Positions 1-13,859 of a stretch of 64,000 nucleotides of DNA are shown piece by piece. A program made the position numbers and the translations under genes. The DNA comes from Ginglymostoma cirratum (Eukaryota): assembly GCA_024137785.1 (NCBI GenBank), contig JAHRHZ010000056.1:17280341-17344340 (forward strand). The letters run 5' to 3'. The notes under the pieces are model-generated. The model saw only the letters and a list, made by a program, of their open reading frames with translations. It was not told the DNA's origin and made no database searches. Positions within the stretch are counted from its first letter, which is position 1, and the number at the start of each line of letters is the position of its first letter.

Positions 1-639
1 CAGGTGCATTGTTACATATCTCTGCATTCCTCCAACTTCACATCTGTAAATTCAAGGGTACAGATTTTCATGCAGAAGCAACTGTAAGAAAGATAATTTG
101 ATGTATTTTAAGCTCACTAATATATTTGCCTTCCTTTTGATACAAGGACCCAAATCTGTGTTCCTCCAATCTACAGAAAAACTTAACATATGTATTAGTA
201 TTAGTTTTCATTGAAGAAAGTATGGACAAAGCTACCAGTTTTAAATACCTTGTGAAATATATTACATCTACTATGGATATTCAAAATTGAGAAATTAAAA
301 TGTTTCAAAACAAAACGGAGCTGCTTCAAGTTGAAGACCGTCAACAGCTCTGGCTAACAACAAGATTTTAGCATTCCACTTTTTTTAATCTGCCAATATC
401 TGCTCTTATGCTTCCAAATCAAGCTAAATACATTCTTCCTGCATTACAAACCATTTGTTCTTGTTAATGAAGTGGCAGTAATTACATTCTCCCCTGCCCT
501 TTTTAAAATTTGTTTATGTTGTCCTCTTTTGAAATCCAGTCTGTGTCCACTTCCCTATTTTCTGTGAATAACTTCTTCCATTCCTGAGTTCCTAATTTCT
601 TTCCAATACTAGGGACGTACACCGTTTTGAGTCTGTAAG

Positions 640-841
640 GTTTTGGAGTAGATTTGTAGCTCAGGTTGTGGTGTTGGCCGGTTGGCTCACCAAGCTGGTT
701 TGTTGTTCCAGAGTTTTAAAAACCAGGTGGGAAAACATACTGACACTTCATCGGAGGCTGCACTGATGATGTTACCCAGCAAAGTAACGAAACGTCTGCG
801 GAACAACAAACCAGCTCGGCGAGCCAACCAACCTCAAAACC
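640..841. mobile_element. Penelope-like element terminal remnant in fold-back arrangement
   Basis: 665-718 (ggttggctcaccaagctggtttgttgttcc) is an imperfect reverse complement of 790-841 (ggaacaacaaaccagctcggcgagccaacc); contains a hammerhead core; no ORF. Confidence 0.6.
758..801 (+). ncRNA. Minimal type-I hammerhead ribozyme motif (Penelope-associated)
   Basis: helix I ctgca(758-762)/tgcgg(797-801); CTGATGA 763-769; helix II gttac(771-775)/gtaac(784-788); GAAA 789-792; C-GTC cleavage triplet 793-796. Confidence 0.7.
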
Positions 842-1278
842 ATTTTGAGTGTTTAAACACTGGTTGTGGCTGAGCTGCCTAGGCAGTTTATGGACTGAAA
901 ACCTAGAAAATGTATCTAGTTTTCGCAGGAGTATCATTGATATCTCTCAGGATGGATAAGCATTATTGCTTTCCATGTAATGATGAGACTTCTCCTATTT
1001 TGAAGTTTTAGAATTAGTGTAGCATGTATCTTTTCATAAACGTTTGCTCAGATTTTCCTACAGCCGTACTTGGAACAGAGTTACTCAATATGTTTAATTC
1101 TGTGTGTATCTGAAAATGACAAAGTTGTGGTCTGCAGACAGAAATGGATCCTTTGTTAAGACGTGAGTGAGTAAATTGTGAAGAGTTTGCAAAATGGGAT
1201 GAACTTTCACTATCCCCTAATACGGCTGTTGACTCTTCTCCAAACACCTCTTTCGATCTTATCTCTGACTTATCTCAA

Positions 1279-1600
1279 GGGAAGGCAATGGCCTAGTGCT
1301 ATTATCACTGGACTGTTTATCCAGGGACCCAGATAATGTTCTGGGAACCTGGGTTTGAATCCCATCCCAGCAGATGGTGGAATTTGAATTCAATTTTTAA
1401 AAGAAAATCTGGAATTTAGAGTCTAATGATGACCATTAATCCATTGTTGATTGTTGGTTCACTAATGTCCTTTAGGGAAGGAAACTGCCATCCTTACCTC
1501 GTCTGGCCTACATGTGACTCCAGACTCTCAGCAATGTGGTTGACTCTGGGCAATAAATACCGGTCTAGCCAGTGATGCCCTCATCCTGTGAATAGAATAG
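1279..1600 (+). mobile_element. tRNA-derived SINE (tentatively Deu/L2-tail type)
   Basis: A-box-like tggcctagtg and B-box-like ggtttgaatcc; body similar to copies at 50881-51212, 54787-55150 and 57330-57530. Confidence 0.7.
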
Positions 1601-3301
1601 AAAGGCACTATCATTGGTGAGTTCTTAAAGCCACTTAGACTGGAAATTTGCATATGCACCCTATATGTTACCACCTAAAGATTTTGATAATGTTGTACGC
1701 AAAGGCTGCACTGCAAATGTGCTGAGAAACATCATATTGAAAGACAATTCACCAGGGTGGAGGGCCCATTTTAAATGTGCATGCACGAATTTAAGTAGTG
1801 CATCGTGTGTGCACGTGCGCTGGTATCAACCAACACAGCCCAATAAGAGCTCCAGCAAAGAGCTGGTTACAGGCACGATTGGATAAAAGGCCTCCTGTTC
1901 TCTTATTCTAAGATTCTACTTTGTTCAAACTTTAAAATAAGGTGATTTTTTTTCAGTATTTCTTGCTGTTGTTCCACTGCTTCCCTAAAGCTAAATGGTC
2001 CTTCAGGAAAACTAGTTTTCCATCAGGCTGTAATCGGATTCGAGCTTCAATTCTTTATGGCAAAGGATCTGCCTTTAAATGCACAAGATGCCCATTTTCA
2101 GCTTTATCATTTGCCCTAATGCCAATTTTGTTGTCAATAATTCTTTTGTATTCTGAATCCCTTCCATAGAAGGACAAACCATAGCCATATTTTGGAAAAC
2201 AAATGTTTTTCTGTAGGGAGACTTTTCCACATTGGCCCATATAACCAGTATTGGAGGGGATTGTTTTTAAAAATGTTTCAGCCTAAATAGGAAATCGGGT
2301 GGTTTAAATCAAAAATATGTGAAAAGAAACTGCTTCCTTCTTATTTTTCACTTCGGTTAGGTTTCACATTCTGTAGCTTGATGTCAATGGACATGAGGGT
2401 AATGACATCAACAAGATGGAATCAAGGTCTTAGAATCTCTTTTGCAGGTCACTAAGATGTAGGAGCAGAATTAGGCCATTTGGTCCATCAAATCTGTGTC
2501 CGTCAAATATGGCTGATGTGTTTCTCAACCCCGTTCTCCTGCCTTCTCCCTGTAACCTGTGATCTCCCTACTAATCAAGAACAATCAGTGTTTTTTAAAA
2601 AAAAAACTCTAACTTGGTCTTCATAGCCTTTTGCGGCACTGAGTTGGCCAGATTCACCTCCCTCTGCCTGAAGAAATTCCTCCTCATCTCAATTCTAAAG
2701 GGTCATCCCTTCACCAAGGAGTGATGCATCATCTTCTTTGGTACATTTGTAAGCCAAGGTTATGGAAACAAATCTATTCATGATACCCTATATTTGGAAA
2801 TACCCTGCATCTCTGAGCAAATTTTTTATGAAAAGCTATTGACCAAAATGAACAATCCTCCTTGATTTGGAAACTATTGTGCAACTCTAAAGATTGATCC
2901 TTTGTGGTTTCTGTTAGATCCGTAAAGGTATTTCATTGACCTGAAATGTTAGCTCTCTTCTCGCTCTCGCTCTCTCTCACCATACTGAGTATGCCCAGGA
3001 TTTTTTTGTTTCTTTCAGTAACTAGTACACAGTCTAATTCTTCTGTCTTCACGCCCACGTTTTTGTAGACCTAAGTTTGTCTCTCAGCAACTATGATACT
3101 CAAATTTTTGCTCTAATCAATAGCTCCAAGTACTAGTCAATTGATAACCTACTTTGATTTTTGCGATGAATTTGTTGGTCTAAGACCTCTTCCAAATTTC
3201 TCTCAATGCCTTTTACTCACAATGTGAATGCCTTTTGGAACATAACTTCACTAATCAATGAAAACCATAATTTTATATAAGTTCATTTTATATAAGTTTT
3301 T

Positions 3302-4023
3302 TGATGAGCAGAGAGATCTGGGAGTTCAGGTCCATTGTACCCTGAAGGTGGCTGCACAGGTGGATAGAGTGGTCAAGAAGGCATATGGTATGCTTGCCTT
3401 CATTGGACGGGGTATTGAGTATAAGAGCTGGCAGGTCATGTTAAAATTGTACAAGACTTTGGTTCGGCTGCATTTAGAATACTGTGTACAGTTCTGGTCG
3501 CCACATTACCAAAAGGATGTGGAAGCTTTGGAGAGGGTACAGAGAAGGTTTACGAGGATGTTGCCTGGTATGGAAGGTGCTAGCTATGAAGAGAGGTTGA
3601 GTAGGTTAGGATTGTTTTCATTAGAAAAAAGGAGATTGAGGGGGGACCTGACTGAGGTCTTCAAAATCATGAAGGGTATAGACAGGGTTGATAGAGATAA
3701 GCTTTTTCCCAGGGTGAGGGATTCAATAATGAGGGGTCACGCGTTCAAGGTGAGAGGAGAAAAGTTTAAGGGGGATGCATGCGGAAAGTACTTTACACAG
3801 AGGGTGGTAGGTGCCTGGAACGCGTTGCCAGCAGAGGAGGTAGAGGCAGGCACGGTAGATTCATTTAAGGTGTGTCTGGACAGATGCATGAGTAGGTGGG
3901 GAGCAGAGGGATACAGATCCTTAGGAATTGGGCGATAGGTTTAGACTGGATTTGGATCGGCACAGGCTTGGAGGGCTGAAGGGCCTGTTCCTGGGCTGTA
4001 AGTGTTCTTTGTTCTTTGTTCTT
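3302..4023 (+). mobile_element. CR1 LINE, 5'-truncated (ORF2 C-terminus plus 3' UTR)
   Basis: ORF 3258-3938 has CR1 motifs LYKTLVR.HLEYCVQFWSP, LERVQRRFTRM, RRLRGDL, YFTQRVVGAWNALP; ends in (gttcttt)n tail. Confidence 0.93.
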
Positions 4024-5244
4024 AGTAAAAACTCAGTTTGCACATCTGTTCTTCTTCTATGAAATCTGGCTAAAACAATTTAAGAACAAAGTGTTGCTGC
4101 ATTGTCTACAGGTAAGAAAACTTGATCAAAGGATGCACCATGATAGCCACAGGCTGTTTTATGAACTAATATGAAACATCATTATGTATGTAAAGTTACA
4201 GTATGGTACAGCTGACATACTATTATCAAATATCTCTTGGATCTAACCAGGGGCAGTCCCCAAGTAAGAGTGTCTATTCTGCTCATGTTCTTGGCTGGAC
4301 AGTCTTCTGTAGTTACCAAGTATGAATTGGGGGGAAAAAGTAGTGTTTGTAACAAAGCCTAATAATTTGAATTCTGGCATCATTCAACTCTAATTTCCCA
4401 TCCTAGCAGCCCCCTCACACTTAAAACTCATTTTTGGGAATTAGGCAATGCATACCATTCTTATTCTCTAATCAACCTGATCAAAGATGTTGTGTGTCTG
4501 GAGCAGGTGGGTCTTGAATCCAGGCCTCCTGACTCTCTCACTGAACCACCATTTTATCCATTATTATCCCTGACCACCTTGATGTACTGTTAGAATTTAA
4601 TCCATTGTCTTACTTGATCAATCCCTAGGGCATTTTAAGCATCAAATACATTTGTACATGACTTCAGTTCCACCAACTAGATTAGGCATAGTTGGCCGAT
4701 TTCCTTCCCCAAAGAACATGCATGCTCTAGCGTTTTTTTTAAACAACAATTTAACAGTTCTGTGATAGTTATTGGAATATATAAATTCCTGTCTGTATCA
4801 TTTTTGAAATTAAATTCAAATACACAAACTATATTGGAACTAGAATTCTCATTTGTTGGATTATTAGCCTAATGATAAAAACTGTGCAAAATGGATAATC
4901 ATGAAGCTAAAAATTGGTATCTTCAAATTGGAAGTAATGAGTCCTTTCTATAATGCAATAAAACTGCAAAGATCAATGTGTAACATTCTTGTATGTCGAA
5001 TTGGTTGACATAAAACTGTATTAAACATAACCCAGTTACTCTGTCATTTGCCCATTTACAATTGTGTGGAATTGACAAAATTAATGATGATATAACTTGG
5101 GGTATTCAATCACAAGACTGGAGAACCCATTTGTTCTAGGCATTTAAATTGGGAGGATCCCAAACTAGAACAGCATAACATGAGGTGTGTACATCCAATA
5201 ATAACAGTAAATTTGTCAACTCTTTAATGGTGGCTTTTTTAAAA

Positions 5245-5615
5245 GAAAATTATTTTGAGATATGGACATCACTGATACGGGCAGCGTTTGTTGTCCATCT
5301 TTAATTCTCCTTGAACTGGGTGGCTTGCTAGGCCAATGCAGATGACATCTAACAGTCAATCATGATATTTGTGGTTCTGAGACCACATGTATGCCAGACT
5401 AACTATGGATGGCAGATTTCCTTCCAAAAAGGACATTAGTGGACAATAGGTCTTTATGATGGTGGATGGTTTCATGGTCATTATTGAGACTAGCTTCATA
5501 TTATAGATTTATTCATTGAAACTAAATGCCACCAGCTGCTATGGAGGGGTTTAAATCCATGTCCCCAGACCATTAAAGTGGCCTCTAGATTATTAGTTAA
5601 TTCTCATTGCCACCA
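5245..5615 (-). mobile_element. tRNA-derived SINE, decayed, same family as 1279-1600
   Basis: reverse complement of core (ggatggcagatttccttcc..ggacattagt; gccaccagctgctatgg). Confidence 0.55.
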
Positions 5616-6971
5616 TTTCAAGACCCCAACCACATACTTTGTTTTGTGAAATTAATTGAATGAAAATCCAACACCTGTGGGGAAAAAATATAGTGTCAAC
5701 TGGTCCCTAACCTGAATTAATTACTAGAATTTGAGAAACTTAGGAGATTGAATGAATAATTAAACATTATATAAATCCAAAATTGTTCTTTATGTTGAAT
5801 ACGTTTTCTATGAATCTGCAATTCATCCTGCATAACTGACCCTGCGTCAATATACAATGCATCTGGAGCCACCAAATTGAATTGAGGTTAATCAGAAACT
5901 GAAGTTGTTTTGTGGTCACCAGATTGGTGTGAATAGGTTGGAATCTGAGGAAAAAGATTTTTAATATTGATTTCAGTTCGAGCAAATATCATGTATTTAA
6001 AAAAAGTTTACAAATGTATCTATAGACCTTTCTGATTCACTCAACGTGCATACATAAGAATTGCCCTATAGTGTTTGAATTTCTTAAAAAGTCATATCTT
6101 GTGTTTTTTTATTTCTAGGATGATGGTCAATCTTATTTGTATAAAATTATCTTCAATGATATTTTTGGGTTCTTAATAATGTACTTAAAATTATACTTAC
6201 TTTTCCAGCCAGGTTTTTTACAGCTATTTTTCTTGTCTGTTTCATCCTTTTGTTGTATTTAAATTGCTTTTTAGGCATCTGACAAACCAAGTGACTGTAT
6301 TTCAAATTTAGTTAACCAATTCGATCATACTTTGGAGAGACTTTAGGTATCCAGACTAAATTTATGCAAATATAATTTTGTTCTTCTTGGTCTGGGGCTC
6401 AACTACATTACGTTGGAGTCCATTACATACATTGATTACTCTTAGAGTGGAGAACTACATCCTGACATCCAAGCTAAAATTTTCTTTAGCTAATTTGCGC
6501 TTGTGCTCCCTTATTAATTAGGCTAGTAATTAATTTTCCTGATTTAGCTTTTTTATTGTCTCTACGTGTACACCTCCATAAAATAATCTCTAAAATGACT
6601 CATTTAAAGGCTGAATGTTTTAAGATTAAGTTTCAATATTCTTTTGTCAAAAGTCAGATCTCAGTTAGTTTTGTCACCTTGAATATCTCCCTTGTGGTTT
6701 AGTGAACAGAACTAAATATAGTACTAAATGTACATTCTGACCTTAATGCTTTTTAAGTCTGTTCACAACTTTCTGTCTGAGACTTGCATTTGTACGGTAC
6801 TTATGACCATTGGAAATCTCAAAGCGCTAATATAGCTTTTTTTGATGTTTGTTCATTGTTGCAATGAATGATGACACAGTTTAATTTTTTAAAAATGCAA
6901 CAAACAAGATGATAATAACCAGATTATCAGAATTTTCTGATGTTGATTGGCTAGGATAAACAGTATTATTT

Positions 6972-7512
6972 TAAGACTATACAAAAACCTGGTTCGGCCA
7001 CATCTGGAGTATTGTGTCCAGTTCTGGTCACCTCATTACGGGAAAGATGTGGAAGCATTGGAAAAGGTGTAGAGGAGATTTACCAGGACGTTGCCTGGAA
7101 TGGAGGGAAGGTCTTACGAGGAAAGGTTGAGAGAGCTAGCGCTTTTCTCTTCAGAACGACGAAGGATGAGAGGTGACTTGATAGAAGTATACAAAATGAT
7201 CAGAGGTATAGATAGAGTAGACAGCCAGAGACTTTTTCCTAGGGCGGAGGTAGCTATTACAAGGGAACATAGTTTTAAAGTGAGTGGAGGTAGATATCGG
7301 GGAGACGTCAGAGGTAGGTTCTTTACTCGGAGAGTGGTGGGGACATGGAATGCATTGCCAGAGAGGGTAGTGGAGTCAGCCTCATTTTGAGGCATATGGA
7401 TGATAGTATAAGATGGGGTGGAGGTTAGATAGGCCTTGGGATTAGGTTAAAAGGTCTGCACAACATCGTGGGTTGAAGGGCCTGTACTGTGCTGTACAGT
7501 TCTATATTCTAA
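6972..7512 (+). mobile_element. CR1 LINE 3' fragment
   Basis: ORF 7091-7390 SYEERL..RRRMRGDLIEVYK..FFTRRVVGTWNALP; 3' UTR gaagggcctgtactgtgctgt and ttctat tail. Confidence 0.92.
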
Positions 7513-8113
7513 TACTACAATGGGATCTTTTACATCTACTTGAGTTGGAAGATGAGACTTCAATTTAACATTTCAGTGTTTATGCCGCAATAAATTTTAT
7601 TAACTCTCAGTCATTTTGGATTTTTGACCCCTGACTGTTTAAAACACTATTCTTTAAGTATGTTGCCCTCTAACTTTCCGGTGCTCAGTTTCTTACAATT
7701 CTCTTTATTACGATAATGTTATTTTTCTATTAACTTGCATATCTTGTTGCACTCATGCTGCAATTTTTGAGTTACTTCCAATGGTTTATCTTTTTGGTGC
7801 CATCTGCAAAATTGACCAATTTGTATTGGGTTTTTAAAGCTAGTCTCTGGAGATTATTGACCATTGATTCCCCAATGTACCAAATTTGATTTTTCCTTCC
7901 TACTGAACACCCCACCACCCCCAGCCAATTATTAATCACTTCTCTACCTCCTGAGAATTTCTTAACCATAAACAAGATTTGCTCTGAATTTTCACAGCTT
8001 TATTTCAGCTTTTTCATCAAATATCTTTTGGAAATCTAGCCATGTTATAGTAGTGGTCTTTTTACAGTCCATTTGGGATGTTATTTCTTCAATAACCTAA
8101 GAGGTTGAAATAA

Positions 8114-8801
8114 GCGGAGGCTTAGGGACTGCTTTGCAGAACACCTGCGCTCGGTTCGCAACAAACAACTGCACCTCCCAGTCGCGAACCATTTCAACTC
8201 CCCCTCCCATTCCTCAGACGACATGTCCATCCTGGGCCTCCTGCAATGCCACAATGATGCCACCCGAAGGCTGCAGGAACAGCAAATCATATTCAGCCTG
8301 GGAACCGTGCAGCCCAAGGGTATCAATGTGGATTTCACAAGCTTCAAAATCTCCCCTCCCCCTACCGCATCCCAAAACCAGCCCAGCTCGTCCCCGCCTC
8401 CCTAACCTGTTCTTCCTCTCACCTATCCCCTCCTCCCACCTCAAGCCCCACCCCCATCTCCTATCTACTAACCTCATCCCGCCCCCTTGACCTGTCCGTC
8501 CTCCCTGGACTGACCTATCTCCTCCCTACCTCCCCACCTACACTCACCTTTTACTGGCTCTATCCCCGCCTCTTTGACTTGTCTGCCTCCTCTCCACCTA
8601 TCCATCTTCTATCCGCCTCCCCCTCTCTCCCTATTTATTTCAGAACCCTCTTCCCCTCCCCCATTTCTGATGAAGGGTCTAGGCCTGAAACGTCAAGCTT
8701 TCCTGCTCCTATGATGCTGCTTGGCCTGTTGTGTTCATCCAACTCCACACTTTGTTATCTCGGATTCTCCAGCATCTGCAGTACCTTTTACCTCTGATAC
8801 A
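8114..8801 (+). mobile_element. Penelope-like element 3' fragment (GIY-YIG end plus terminal repeat) with 12-bp TSD
   Basis: reads RRLRDCFAEHL..PVANHFNS..RRLQEQQIIFSLGTVQPKGINVDF; C-rich tail; hammerhead motif 8667-8694; direct repeat aggttgaaataa at 8102-8113 and 8802-8813. Confidence 0.88.
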
Positions 8802-11800
8802 AGGTTGAAATAATAACATGTTCCGACTCTAGTCACATCGAACAAACAGCATTCCTTACAATTACATTTGACTGCTGATGTTCTGTGGTGGAAGTTCAAG
8901 TTGTTAGAGAACAAAATGGAAGAAAGTGTACACTTTCTACAAGGAATCTAGGATCTATAAGAGGATGTGCCTTAACTGGTCATTTGAAGGCTCCTTGTTG
9001 AGACATGCCCAGCTTAAACCAGGAAGTGCAAGTTAGGACAGTTTTTCAAAATCCAATCACGTACATAAGTAAAATATGGAGGAATAGAAAGATGAAGTTT
9101 AGAGAGAGAAGTAACTAAAGAAAAAACGTTTTGAAAAGGCAATGTCTTTAAAATTCAAATAATGATTAAGATCTGAAGGAACAAAACTTCATACATTTGG
9201 AGTGCCAGAAGAGTTTTTTTTTAAGCACTAGTTAATACCTGTGTTAAAGGTTCACCTGTTTTTGAATGGACAAGCCCTAATGTTCCTTGTCCTATTTAGT
9301 GGGTATCTGGAGATATCTGAACCGCAACCTTGTATCCTTAGACATTGCTATTGGTGTTGCTCTCCTCTTCCAGAAGATTCACTTGTAATATTATGCAGCC
9401 AAGAAACCTATTATTTAAATATGTGGAAGGGAACGCTAACCCTCTAGGCAGGATACCATTAAATCAAAAGTTTTGGAGGAACACCATCACAGACCTCAAC
9501 TTCCTAATTTCCAGTTAACTCTGCAGTTGGTAGTTGTCCAATTTTACATCCTGATAATGGTGAGTTCCAATAGCCTTATTGTTACCTAGTTCCAAAGTTT
9601 CTGCCATTTTACAGATACTCCTTTAAAATTATACCAGATTATCAGTTTCATCATATTTCACGGTAATAGCCTAGATTTTGTTGTCAGTGATAAAGTTGCT
9701 AAATCTGTCACAAATTATAAAAAGAATTTTCCACAACTCAGATCTAATATTAATCTCCTATTTTCTAATATTTTCATTATGGACTAACTACATGGGATCT
9801 CTCATCGTCCAGCATTGGTAATATAATTGAGCAAACTAAGCAGACATTCATGTTGGAAATCTCCCAAGTAGCAAACCAGGAAGTAACAATGGATTTCATC
9901 AATTTCATTATCTTTTTTGCAAAATACAAATAAATATTGAACTGTAAGGAAATTGAAAAAGTATAGTATTTTCTGCCATATTCTGAACAAAATTGACATT
10001 CCACAAGTATAATTTTTTTTTGGGACCAGAGAGGATATTCAATGGTAATTACTATCTTTTAACTAGGTTTTTAAATGTTGTTATGTTTCTTTCTGTTAGA
10101 TATAACTTTATTCGACTCTATTTCACGATGAGACTAATATGGTAATAGGAAGTTCACATCAGTGATTTCTAACTGATTTCTATTTGTGAATATTTGAACA
10201 ATGCACACTCCGGAGGAATGGAACTGACTGTAATTTATGGATTTCTGCATTTTAGCAGCATGTGCAGATGTCAAAAGTTGGTTTCTGAGTAATAACTGTC
10301 AATACTGAGTTTTTTTTCCAACTGTTAACATGACTGCAAAATCCAAGCCAGTGAATTTTCAGTTGTATATGTTGTTTTCACTTTTGTGGTTGGAATTAGT
10401 TACTAAAGGTACAAGGTGTACAGAATTTAGTGCTACCAAATCTAATTTGGCTTTTTTTTTCTGTTCCAGTATTAAATAAAGATTGAAAACCTGCAGGATT
10501 AAAGTGAATTATTTCTGCAGAGGTGAAGATATCCTAAAGAAATGCAATTAATGATTATACTTTTGTGCATATTGTATCCAAAAAATATATTTGGGACATT
10601 AAGTACTTAGAGTTTTTAGAATTACTTTTCAAAAAATATATATATATAAGTTGTGGGTGAAATCTTCCCAGCCACTGAACAACATGGGCAATGGTGAGCC
10701 AGTTAGGAAAATATGAGAGCTGTAGACATGAGATTCTCAACTCAAAAGTCTAATTCTGCAACTAAGCATTGAATGGTGAGATGAGAATATCACTAGTGAG
10801 CACCAAGATGCATGTATTTGCATACCATTAGTACTTAATCTCATCTCATTGATATATATTTCCATATTCTTCCCACAAGCCATGGATAAACTAGATAGTG
10901 ACAATGTCTGACATGGAAGAATGGGTACCTGGTAACTTGCAGCTCACCACTTGCTCATCTGGGCCTTGGTGCATATTCCCAAAGAGCTGGGACAGTGATA
11001 GCAATCTTCTTCAGACGAAGATGAAGACATTGAGCAGGAGGAAGAAGCGCAACAAGCCAGACTGGACAACCCTGCCTTGGGCCTCTAAGAAGGCAGAGTA
11101 GCTTTGACCTTAACTAGCAGACACCTCCACCATCAATGAGCAAAGGATGGTGTAAGCAGGGCGCCACAGAGGTGTGGTGCATAGTTAACGAGATGAATTG
11201 TGGAAAATCGTGTGAGACAACTCAAATGCTCAAGGAGAGAAATCTTCCATGAAACTTGCGAAAGTTGACACTTAGATCTGAACTTTAACCAAAAATTGGC
11301 TGTGTTTTTTTAGAGGGAAATACATCAGACAAAATAATACAACTTTATGCGGCCCTGTGCTTATTTTGTAAATATAAAAATAAATATTACATGCAGTTTA
11401 TTTATATTGCAATATGTTACAGCTTTTAACATTTCTCAAACAATTGCTGATTAGTCTTGTGATGATTCTGTGTTCCCCCCTTTTGGTATAATGGATTACT
11501 TGTCAATTTGTAGTAGGAAGAAAAACTTGATTCGTGGAGGAATCCCTACCATTTATGGTGATGAACTGAACTTGACGATTTTAATCACATTGGTGCTCTA
11601 ATTCAATATATAGGTGTTCCGGAGAGTCTGCATGAAAGTGTTTAAAAAAATCTTTGTACTAAAGTGCATTTTGATGAAAAGTGACTAATGGTGTGTACTT
11701 CATGCTTCCCATTTGATTCTGTTGAATCCAGTGTTTGCGATGGCATGACTTCTTTCATTCAATCTCTCAGATTTAACTAAATAGAATGCATGAAAAGAAC

Positions 11801-13859
11801 TCGCTCTAGTTTGCCATCTGTTCACCCATGGGTTTTATTAAAAGTCAACTTTAAAATTTATTTTACGTGATGTATTTTTCTATACAGTATTAAACTTAAG
11901 GTCAGTTTTTGTAGTCAGCAAAGCAAAAGATCTCGCATGAGAGTAGAAGATGGTTTATTGATCACACACACTTTACCAATTTTTGTACAATAAAATAGCC
12001 CTTTATGCTGACCAACAATGTGAACTAACTCTAATCTGAAAAGTGTCGTCTCTTTGCATTTGATAGACACTTCTAGTGCCCACTTTAGTATTCTCTGTGA
12101 AATGACCCACTTAGTTCACAACAATGAGCCACTTTATGTTCTTAACTTAATGGTCAATAGGTGAATGCTGCTGAACCTTCTGTAATTTAAGGTTATTAAT
12201 AGCTGCTGAAACAAAAAGAAAATCTTCATCCAATCAGTCAGAACCCAGTTGCACAGAGAAGGTTAAAATCAAACCCAGACAAATATCCCGTTGAGGTCAC
12301 CAGACGTTTTTTCAAATGTTGCTTGCATGAGTCAAAGAGAAAGGGGTCAGTGCTCTTGGCAAGTAAGCTGGTGTCGCTCAATTGTAAAGTATTGTCATGC
12401 TAACCCATCCAATAATCAAACATTGATTAACACCCAAATGAATAACAAAAACAACTAGATGGTACCTTAAATGCCAGGTATCGAGTGAAACATAGAAAAT
12501 ACATTTAGAGATGGATGTGTTAAAGCATATTCAGATATAACAGGAACAATAACAACAACTGTACAAATTTGTATTTCTTTTGTCTAATGCATTTTATTTG
12601 TTTGTCTGATGTGAAGTGCAAGGAGAGAATAACCTGATAAGTGAAACCTGAGCAAAAGGATCTTGCAGGCCAACAGCCATCAAAACTTCCCCTTTGGCCC
12701 TGACCCTTTCCCCACTCCAATTCCAGAATGTGTCAGAGATTCAATAACTCACTGGCCTGGATTTGATAGTTGCAATAACAAAATAGTTAGCATTCACGGA
12801 AACTGACAGCAAGTTTCAAATTCAACATTTGTTCAGAATCATGTGAAAACCCAGAAGTAGTGATCAGCGATTGCACATTCTACAGAAGTGCACAATCTTA
12901 AAAGCACTCCCAAAGACTGCAATTTATGGAAATCAATTGAATTACCAATTGTTTTAGATACATGCATTAGTCTTGTTGTGAAAACTAATTTTTAAAAGAA
13001 GTTATATTTTATTCAATAAGGTGCAAATGAGTTTTTAAACTGTATACTAATTCATAACTGCTGTTGGCTCTGAACGTTCTATTTCGCAAAGTGGGAAACT
13101 GGCCCAACCTGGAGTAGCTGCTCTGCAGTGAGTGCTGCAGACTTCCTGAGGTTACATGGTTCCATTTTCTTTTCTTGAAGGCCAGGAGGAGCAAAATTGC
13201 TTCAAATAGGGCCACAAAGCAACCCTTTGACTTCTTGCTGCCTCAATCTATAAGTTTACCTGATCATAGCCTCTCTTTCCAATGCTGGAGACTGCGTTCC
13301 AACAGCTCCCTGACCGCAACCTCCTGTCACTAAGAGTTCTATGCTGCTTCCTGTCTAAGGTGTCAATTTGGCCATTGCCTGGCCAAGAAATGGAGTTAAT
13401 ATGCTAATAGGAACCTGTAATTGAAATATTCAGGACCTCTTCCATGCTGAACATACACTACAGCCTGTAAGTGTTAGGACCCTTGTATGTGGGTGAAAGC
13501 TACATTTCTTCATGTGAGCTCCTTTTGGCTAAGACTCTTGTGAAAAGTGCTGAGTATAACCATGCTATAATGCACGCTGTATAGGCCCTACAAGCTCAAG
13601 TATGTTTCAGTAATTTCAGTGATCATGAATGGGGCACAGCAACCGATTGCTAACATCGTGAGCTGGTGACATAAACTGCTTTTGATGTAACGATATTTAG
13701 GTGTGAACAACATTATGTCTTGGACTCATGTGACAAAGTAACATTCGTGTCACACAAGTACCAGACAACAGGAAAGTATGTCATGAGGACATAGACATAG
13801 TTTAGTTGGCACAGCACAGGGGAAGGTAGCAGATGCAACATAATATGGAGAAAAAAATC

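Noticed and set aside
1-90. Possible exon reading ALLHISAFLQLHICKFKGTDFHAEAT ending at gtaaga
   Set aside because: Window edge, no recognisable homologue, no compatible downstream exon found
1955-2283. Minus-strand acceptor plus a ~110-codon frame with one internal stop; another minus acceptor near 5946
   Set aside because: No recognisable protein similarity or good donor; cannot be told from chance without RNA data
3258-3938. 226-aa intact ORF as a host gene
   Set aside because: It is a CR1 ORF2 C-terminus with a chance upstream ATG from flanking DNA
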